Notes under the pieces: generated by a model
The model's database searches: none
The model's input: the letters and a program-made list of their open reading frames with translations, nothing else
Told to the model about the DNA's origin: nothing
Shown here: positions 55,830 through 64,000 of the stretch, piece by piece
How positions within the stretch are numbered: the stretch's first letter is position 1
Layout of the letters: every line of letters starts with the position of its first letter
Made by a program: the position numbers and the translations under genes
Origin: Bugula neritina
Taxonomy: Eukaryota > Animalia > Bryozoa
Direction of reading: 5' to 3'
Length of the DNA: 64,000 nucleotides
Assembly: GCA_964035545.1 (NCBI GenBank)
Contig: OZ037768.1
Coordinates: forward strand, 12,060,741-12,124,740

Positions 55830-58800
55830 CTATCTAGCTACAACAGATCCCACTGCTGACGATAGAACAGCTACCTGTGCAGTTTTGTTTCCTTTAGATG
55901 GACTAACTGGACTGGAAACAGCATTGTCTCTTTGCTTTTTAACAGCAGAGCCAGCATGCTGGGAGAATGTGTGTTTTCGCTGACTGGACTGTGTAATACT
56001 AGTAGTAGTTGGCATATTCTTGGCGGCAGCACACGAGTGAGGATTGTCTGGCTTAGTGGGAGACACCGGTTTATTCTCTGCATTGTTATTATTGTCACCT
56101 GATGAGGAGTTGAGCTGTGGTGTGGCTGGGATTTGATCCTGACTTGGAGAAGTTTTTTGAGCTGCCGAAGTTCTCTGAGCTATCGCTGCATAACTCACTT
56201 TATCCTGAAATATAAAGTTGTAAGTGTTTCATAACAATAACCAGGTAATACATAGTTTCTCTAAGAATTAAGATACAATTCAAGCAAGAACACTCACTGT
56301 TGGTGAGGGTTGAAGAGTTAGAGAAGACTTGGGTTCAGACGTATGAGCAGATACTTCTTCTTTGTTTGAAGACTGACTCTTGGAGCTTTCGGAAAGTGCT
56401 TTGGGCACATTAGCATCTACTGTCTTAGAAGTAGAAGACTTTCCCTTAGGAATGTTTTTAGTTATAGAATCAGTGCCTGTGTGTATGCCGTTGGGTAGAT
56501 GAGTGGGCCTGGCCTTATGGTGAGCAGCGCTACTCTGTGATTTACTAATTGTGTTAGAGTGTCTTGAGGTAGTGACCGACGTGTGGAGCTTTTCACTAGA
56601 ATCTTTGACATGAGCAGCACTAGATACAACTGTCAACTTATTTACACCCTTTACAATGTCTGAGAGCTTAGCTCCTTCTGGTATTTTATTTTTGACGATA
56701 TCCGAAAGTTTGGCTACTGATTCTGTATTGACTGTTTGCTCAGTGGCAGCTGCCTGAACACTTCCACTCTTTATACCTTCCGTAGAATTGATAATCTAAC
56801 AACATAAAAGTGTTATGCAATTAATTGGATTTTTCTTTCTCTATTAATTAGAGAAAAGCACAATTTTAAAGCTAGCAGCAAAGTTGAAAAAACCCCAACG
56901 AGTAACTTCACAACTGGACTGGTCCATCAAATAAATAAGAGTCAGCAACTCCTCCATGAGTTTTTACACTAAGGAAACTTTCAGCACAAAATCAAGTGTT
57001 ATAGCACTCACTGTAGAAAAGTACATTTGATCCAGTGTGAATTTTTTGATAACTAAATCTTAGCAATATGAGGGAAGCAGAAGTCCAAACAAATATATAC
57101 ATGTATATATAATGTTGCTCAAGAGAGTAAAGTCATTTTATAGAAAAACAACTGCTTATAACAAAATTCAACTTTAGCTTTAAATACAGGTCAACAACAT
57201 ATGCACCAGTATAGCTGCAGACAAAAAGTATATATAATTTTATGCTATTGTCTACAAAAATTAAATTTTCATTATATCAGTGGTGTTTGACTCTTCAAAC
57301 AGACTGAAGTTCTTATATGAAATATAAGTGTTGACACACGAGATTGCTTCACCAGATGTTTACTAGGGCTGCGTACAGGATGTTGGTATTTTAGCAAATT
57401 TAAAACATGCAACGCTATGAAATAAGGAAAAGCATCACGTAACAAGGAAATGAGCATTGGTTGCTGTAACGTGGCTCAGTTTGACAAATATATCCAGGCT
57501 AGTGTTCAGTCCAATAACTAAGACTAGAAGTATCATGACTAGATTAGAGAATGAAAGCCAAATTTTTAGTTTTACTGAATTAAAAATTCAGCTGTTGACC
57601 ATAAAATAACTTTAGTTATAAACTGACACAATTATTTAGTAATATTCAGGTAGATCACCATTAGTACAACATTGTTGTCTCTATGACTATTTAATTCACT
57701 TGATTAGTTGGTAGTACTTTGAGGTTAAATGTGGCAGCTATACCTGTGTGTTAGTATTGGCAGACTGGGACGAATTGGGAGTAGAAGCATCTGTATGTGC
57801 AGCAGACGAGTTGACATCAGAAAGAGGCTGAGATGTAGCACCACTGACATCAGCAGCAGCGACAGCCATAGCACCGGGTAGAGCAGGGAAGGCGGAAGAG
57901 TCGAGTTCAAAGGTCTCTGACTGAGGTGGTTCACCAGAGGGATGTTGTTCCACGCTATGGTCAGGACTTTTCTACATAACACATTCAAATACATTAGTGA
58001 TATTGAATAACTATAAGTATAACTACATGAATGTACTAACTATAAGTATAACTACATGCATGTACTAACTATAAGTATAACTACATGAATGTACTAACTA
58101 TAAGTATAACTACATGAATGTACTAACTATAAGTATAACTACATGAATGTACTAACTATAAGTATAACTACATGAATGTACTAACTATAAGTATAACTAC
58201 ATGCATGTACTATTAGTACAGATGCACCAACCGAATTGCGATGAGCACCATGAGGACGAGGGTGAGAGTTATGATGATCAGCATGCTGTCTGTTGTGGCC
58301 ATTACGATCAACTCTGCTGTCTTGATTGTGACCGGCCATGTTGGATCTAGCGTGAATGGAGGAGCTATGGCCGTTACTCTGACCAAACACACTGTTGTTC
58401 CCTCTGGAGTGATGAGTGACTGGGCGCCTGGGTGGAGCGGGCTGTGATTGCAAATGTAGACCCTGAGAGAACTGGCCGTTGCCGTGACCAGAGGAGATGC
58501 GCTGCTTATGAAGCCGGTAACCCTGTGAAGCATCTCTATGGCGTGGAGGTATGTTATCTGGATGGCTGTAATACTGATCATTGGCTGAGTGGTGGTTGTG
58601 GTGGCCACGGCCTCGCTGGTTGCCTTGTTTATCTCCATTATGCTGTTTAAGATAACCAGTGGCCTCATTCTGATTGCGGCTGTAAATAAGGGGGGATATA
58701 GAACGTAGCAGTGACATTGAATGGATTACACTTTCTACCCAATGGAGCATGGAGTATGGCCTCAAACTATGCTACATATATAAACTTCAATGAATGCCTG

Positions 58801-61800
58801 TTACTTATTACACATAAATGTAGTACTACTAACTGGAAAGCAATTATCTACACTATTGCCGTTACAGACCTGCAAGTGCTAGTAGATCTCTTTAGTTTTA
58901 TCTTATCTAATAAGCCTCTTATATATTTATGTACATTATGCAAGTTGTTAGTTTAGAATAGTCTTGTATCTAGCTGTACACTATGAGCAGTGTTTGGGGG
59001 GAGGGGTTGATAACACATCATGTGATAGATAAGCACTGTTGGTAGTCTATTGCTACATTAGTTAGTCTATCGCCTCATATAATACTAATACTGCTGCATA
59101 TGTAGGTCATTGTAAGCCACCATACAGGCCAATAGGAACATAACAGCCACAGCAACCACCTACATACCCTTCAACATTCCTCGGTCTAACAATCCATATA
59201 CAAACTGCTGTCATGTAACAACAACAAAGAGGTTTATATAACAGATTAGCTCACTGGTTGAAGTAGTGAGAGTTGCTGCTGTTCTTCGGTGCAGTGTTGG
59301 TAGTAGCAGTAGGTTGGGACGCTGACTGGTGAAGCACATCACTGCCTCTATCTGATGCATTGCTACTGGCACGGCTATGATTTCTTCTCTCACCTTGATG
59401 TCTGTTTGCATTGCCTAATCCAGGCCTGGAGTGAGCGGGCATAGCTGAATATGTGAAGCCATTGATATCGTAGCCCTGCTAATAGACAACACGCTGCATA
59501 GTAAATGTCATGAGTGCACTAGTTCAGTCAATGCACACCATGGTACTAATACATTCCTATGAAACCATAAATATTACTAGTTCACCATAAGTCATGTTAG
59601 ACATAGAGATGATGAAATGGCCCACTAACTCACTTCCTATTTGAGAAAAACATATTCCATTAACAAACTATGGGCTGATCTGAGGCATGCAATCAGGTGT
59701 GTATGTATTGAGTGCCGGAGTTGAGTGAACTGGACCAGTGCAGGCAGTATGCACATATTGTAATAGTACTATACATGGTAATTATTAGCAAGCAGTAGCA
59801 ATGCCTAATAACTGTGAAGAAATGAGAGGAGTTAGTTATCAGACTGACAATTTAGTAGATACTTAGCAACTGAACACCTCTCACTATATGAGAAATAAAC
59901 CATCTCCAACTTTAGAGAATTTGAAAAGTATCTGTATGATAACCTTTCCCATTTACTCAAAAAAGTTGAAAAGCTGACTAAGCACTGTTGAATATAGCAT
60001 TGCATAGGGCTGAGCAAATTATGACAGCCGGCAATAAAGGCAGATGATGTGTGTAGGACTAGTATTACGTCAACCTCAGAACTGTCAATGAATGATAAGG
60101 AAGTTTGAAGTGAGGGAGAAAGTTGAAGCTACTAGCTACTAGTACCAACACAGTGTATTGATCATAGAGCCGAGTGCTTACTACAGCTGTTACAAATGGG
60201 ATTGGGCCACATATTACTCAACTGTGATAGTTAACTATAGCTTCACACATGTCATGAGTTGGTAATGAGACTGCACGAGTAAATGGTTTATTATAAACTT
60301 TCACAGTACATGACTCATTACTGAAGAACACACAAGCGTAGTCATACTTACAAACTGATTTGGGTCGGCAGGATATACACCAGGCGTGTTCCATTGCTGC
60401 ATAAAGGGCTGTAGAAACATGAAAGGGTAAGGTGTTTGTGGGAGGGTGAGAGCTGGAGCTGGTAGAGAGAAAGGAGGCATAGGCAGAGGGTATCTCAGAG
60501 CTGATTGTTGCTGAGGGATTAGAGCTGGATTTGGAGGTCGAGTACTGTCCACAGACTGAGAGGGCATTCCATTGAATCTTTGGTCTCTGCTGTTTATGGC
60601 AGAGTAGGATTTAGCTTTAAACCTTGCCTGTTGGAAACATGATAGTTATAATAATTATTGGTAGATACACAATAGTTAATACTAGGTGGAGACTAAACTG
60701 TTGCAAGTCAGTTGTATAAATAATGGGGATAGAGCAGTTACGTAACTGCTGCAAGAGAATAAACCAATAATTATGATAGAGTTATACCACTGCTCTGCTA
60801 AGAGATTGGACTTGATTATTGCAAGAATAGTTCACTTCAGGAGTTGAATAGATACAATACATAATCAGTAACATTAGCTATCATTTACAGTTTACATTCC
60901 CCTACCCATTCTTCTCGCCATAATTGTGAAAAGGTTGTACATAAAATTTTGATTCAAAGGAATATAAAACTTAACCCAGCATTTACTTGAGACCTTTAAA
61001 CCTATTAATCCGCATTTGTTCAAGTAAACCAATGACTGGCTCTGATGTAATCTATGACTGGATGAAACTACTGAATGAAACTGATTACTAAATGATTTAT
61101 TTCCATGTAAGTGTAGAGTAGTAACCTTAATTGGATTTCCTTTATAGGTCTGATATCTGATATATTCATAAGCCTTCTCAGTCTCCTTCTCAGTAGAGTA
61201 GTAGACATACCAGCAATCCTGGTGTGCAAGCTCACAATACTCAAACACTGGACACTGGTCGTTAGTCATAATGCTCTCTATTTCCTAAAACAGTAGGAAA
61301 ACCAATCTTATCAATAAACTACTGGTTAGCATGAAATTGTATACCGAGCCATACAAAAATAGGAAATAAAAAAACAAAAAACTTTACACCAATGATTTAG
61401 CTGCCTTTGCTAATATGCATATTCCACCAAAATCAGATGAGTCTGAATTCAATAGAAACCTTTACTAATAGTAGATGGAACATTAGCCAGCCACATGAAA
61501 AGATAATTAAGGTATGAAATGGTGTGGAGAAGGAAGTTTGTATATTATATATATTCAACTGTAAGCTACTAGCATACCTCTTGAGTGGTGCCTACAGGAA
61601 GATCCCGGAGAATTAGCACGTTACGCTTCAGACATGGACGAACTTTCAAATTTTCTGTATCCACTTGCAATACCTCAGAATCTACCAGAACACATGCTAG
61701 CAATTAACAATGCAATGACTGCCAGTGGAGTTAACATTCACTATGCTCCATACTTCCCATTATGCGAATGTACTTCTTATTTGAAGCGTGTAGTGATTGA

Positions 61801-63985
61801 TAAGTTATTTTGAGAATAATCACTGAACCTTGTAACCTTCATGGGCCCCAATTGTTGAATGAATCTTGATAAATAATAAATTCTGTAAACTGTTAAGCTA
61901 TTAGGTGCAAGTCAAACCTGCAAGTGCCTCTAAAATAAGCTCCATACTAGAAGTCAGCCTTCTAACTTGATTGAAGCCAGCAATGACGTTAAGACCCACA
62001 TATTGATCGGCATCCATTTGAGAGAGTAGATACATATCATGATTCAAATTCTCCCTGGAAATTGAATATTTATAATAATCATGTTGCAACTTGTTTCACT
62101 TCATTTAAATCCAAGCTTAATATCAACATAAGCTCAGAGGTTAGAGTATATGAGAGCAGTAGTATGCAGCAGAACACAGCCATAGCTCAGCCGCAGTTTG
62201 TCACTCTAAGAAGTTTCACCATTAATGCTTTCACCGGCTAAAAAACTGCAAATTATAACTATTCCAGCCATGATAGCAATGGGGTAAAAAACCCTTTCTT
62301 TCAGAATAGGAAGTTGCCAGTTACTTGAAATAACAAGCCGTGTAAGAACATACCTCGAAAAGTAATATTCAATTTGACGCTTGAGTAGCACTTTAACATC
62401 AAGCTGAGCTGGGGTTAGACTAGATGGTCCTCCTAAAAATTCATACATGTTGAAGAATTTCAGTTTCAAAGTTCTAACAAGCACCACTACTTGTTCCACA
62501 ATTTCCCCCTTCAGCTTTTATCGTTACATTTTAAGAAGCTGGGGAGCTACTTTAGTTAAAGCTTTCACAAGCTACCAAGCAATGTTCAACTGACCAACTA
62601 GACCTTAAAAAGCTGTCTATACTTAAAATCAATTAAATCAATAATTACAGCAGATTTACCATGCAAGTCCACTACTAACTGTAGCCTATAAACAGAGAAA
62701 ACAAAAGATATTTATACAATTTACCATCAGGAGAAGTTATTGGATACACAGCGGAGTTGGAACTAGAAAGGTGGGTGCTGCTATTAGCATATGGAATATT
62801 AAGGTTAGAGGCTTGAACGTTGACACTTGGTGATGAATTCAGGTTTGACGACGGTGCAGGTAAATCCTGCATGCTGCTGTTAGAAAGCTGTATGCTGTTG
62901 GTAGGGGTGATTCCATCTAAACCATTTGAGTGGGTGTGAGGTTTTTCTGGGGAATTGTTGAACTGAGAGTCCATGCCAGCATCATGTTCATCAGCAATCT
63001 CTGCGCAAGTAAAAGACCTCTTGAGATAGACAATTATATAAATAAAACAACCAGTATTTGGCAGTTGCTATATGCTGTGTGTAAGTCGAGAGCCCAATTT
63101 CCCACCTTCAAATACCTGTTTGTTCTAGTATTTAGAACATAAAAAATTCACTGCTACTACTTGGCTAATTAATATATACGATTCAAAGTCCAGTAAAAAC
63201 CCAGCCTGTAATATCTGGTATAATGCAAGGGGGTGGGGGAGGGGGGCATGGTTACGTTTTTTGGCTAAGTAGGTTTTCATTGCACTGGCAATTTTGTAAA
63301 AAAATTGACCCTCATGACTATTGGACTGGCCACATAGATGAAAAAAGCCAGCCTGAGAAACCCAAAAACATCTGAAACTAGCTATCCTATCTACCTTCTA
63401 TCATGATCAAATATTTAGATAATGGTGTCTAGCTCCTATTGAACCAAAAGACGCATTCAGATTTGAGATGAAAAATCCATTTAAGAATTTAAGTCTTAGT
63501 TTTATGTTTTTATTCATTTCTTCATGATCTTTATTGTCTTTAGCTCCTTCTATTTATTTTTAATTAAAATAAATACAATATAAAAGGTTTGGTTTGCTGG
63601 TTTGCCTTAACTTTTACAAAGACCTTTGGGAAGTTACGATTCAGAACATGTAGCTAATTGGAAACTAGTAACCCAAAAGCTTATTAATGATCAAAGTCAT
63701 TACTTACCTTTATATTGAAGGTTAGAACCACTAGATTTGCCGCTGTACATGGCTGGCTGATGTCCTGGTTTCTAAAATTTTATAAATTGTATAAGAAAGT
63801 TACATAAAATTACTGTTCATATTGAGTTCGAATTTCTCTAGTATATATGTAAATGGAAAAGCTACAGTACAATGAAAACACTTGATTTACAATTTAATTT
63901 GAATCACAATTCTGTAGCACTCACGTTCATGTATTGATAGACTTTAGCATATAGGCCCACCCAGTCTATATTATGTGCTTGACTC
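55830..63985 (-). CDS. LARP4: La-related protein 4/4B (La motif + RRM); 5' end probably beyond the window
   Basis: Exons 63985-63925, 63771-63708, 63000-62725, 62432-62354, 62054-61918, 61681-61578, 61284-61126, 60627-60352, 59478-59255, 58679-58220, 57971-57744, 56795-56298, 56204-55830. La motif [30 protein letters not shown]...FNQVRRLT; RRM KVRPCLKRNVLILRDLP...CWYVYY...YKGNPIKARFK; C-terminal LARP4 motifs FELDSSAFPALPG, KLSDIVKG and KVSYAAIAQ. The two 5'-most exons are less certain. Confidence 0.93.
58009..58211 (+). repeat. 29-bp minisatellite (AACTATAAGTATAACTACATGAATGTACT), 7 copies, filling most of a LARP4 intron
   Basis: Copies start at 58009, 58038, 58067, 58096, 58125, 58154 and 58183; two carry an A>C variant. 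Confidence 0.95.
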
Positions 63986-64000
63986 CTACATTGTAAATTT

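Noticed and set aside
59633-59750. Candidate poison exon in a LARP4 intron (GTGAGT donor near 59633)
   Set aside because: The acceptor is ambiguous and there is no independent support without transcript data.

Overview
AT-rich, intron-dense animal (invertebrate-like) genomic DNA, not prokaryotic. Reconstructing GT-AG exon chains by hand gives six protein-coding genes in strictly alternating orientation: METTL3 (+, 14 coding exons), FAM126/hyccin (-, 12), LETMD1 (+, at least 8, N-terminus unresolved), CSRNP (-, 3), a ~35-exon, ~1,600-aa coiled-coil gene that I tentatively read as FAM186-like (+), and LARP4 (-, probably running off the window end). The first ~5.5 kb holds an unresolved spliced unit or decayed coding sequence. 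Introns carry a solo LTR with heat-shock elements, three copies of a tRNA-derived SINE, two LINE fragments, MITEs and several mini/microsatellites. Most notable: (1) LETMD1-CSRNP-FAM186-like-LARP4 appears to mirror the human 12q13.12 neighbourhood; (2) a 21-bp repeat multiplies the METTL3 exon-9 acceptor so that every upstream AG gives an in-frame stop; (3) degenerate period-6 tracts recur next to nearly every promoter; (4) an HSE-bearing LTR sits just upstream of the first conserved LETMD1 exon. Family assignments rest on remembered motifs, not database searches. I see no convincing new multi-gene system.
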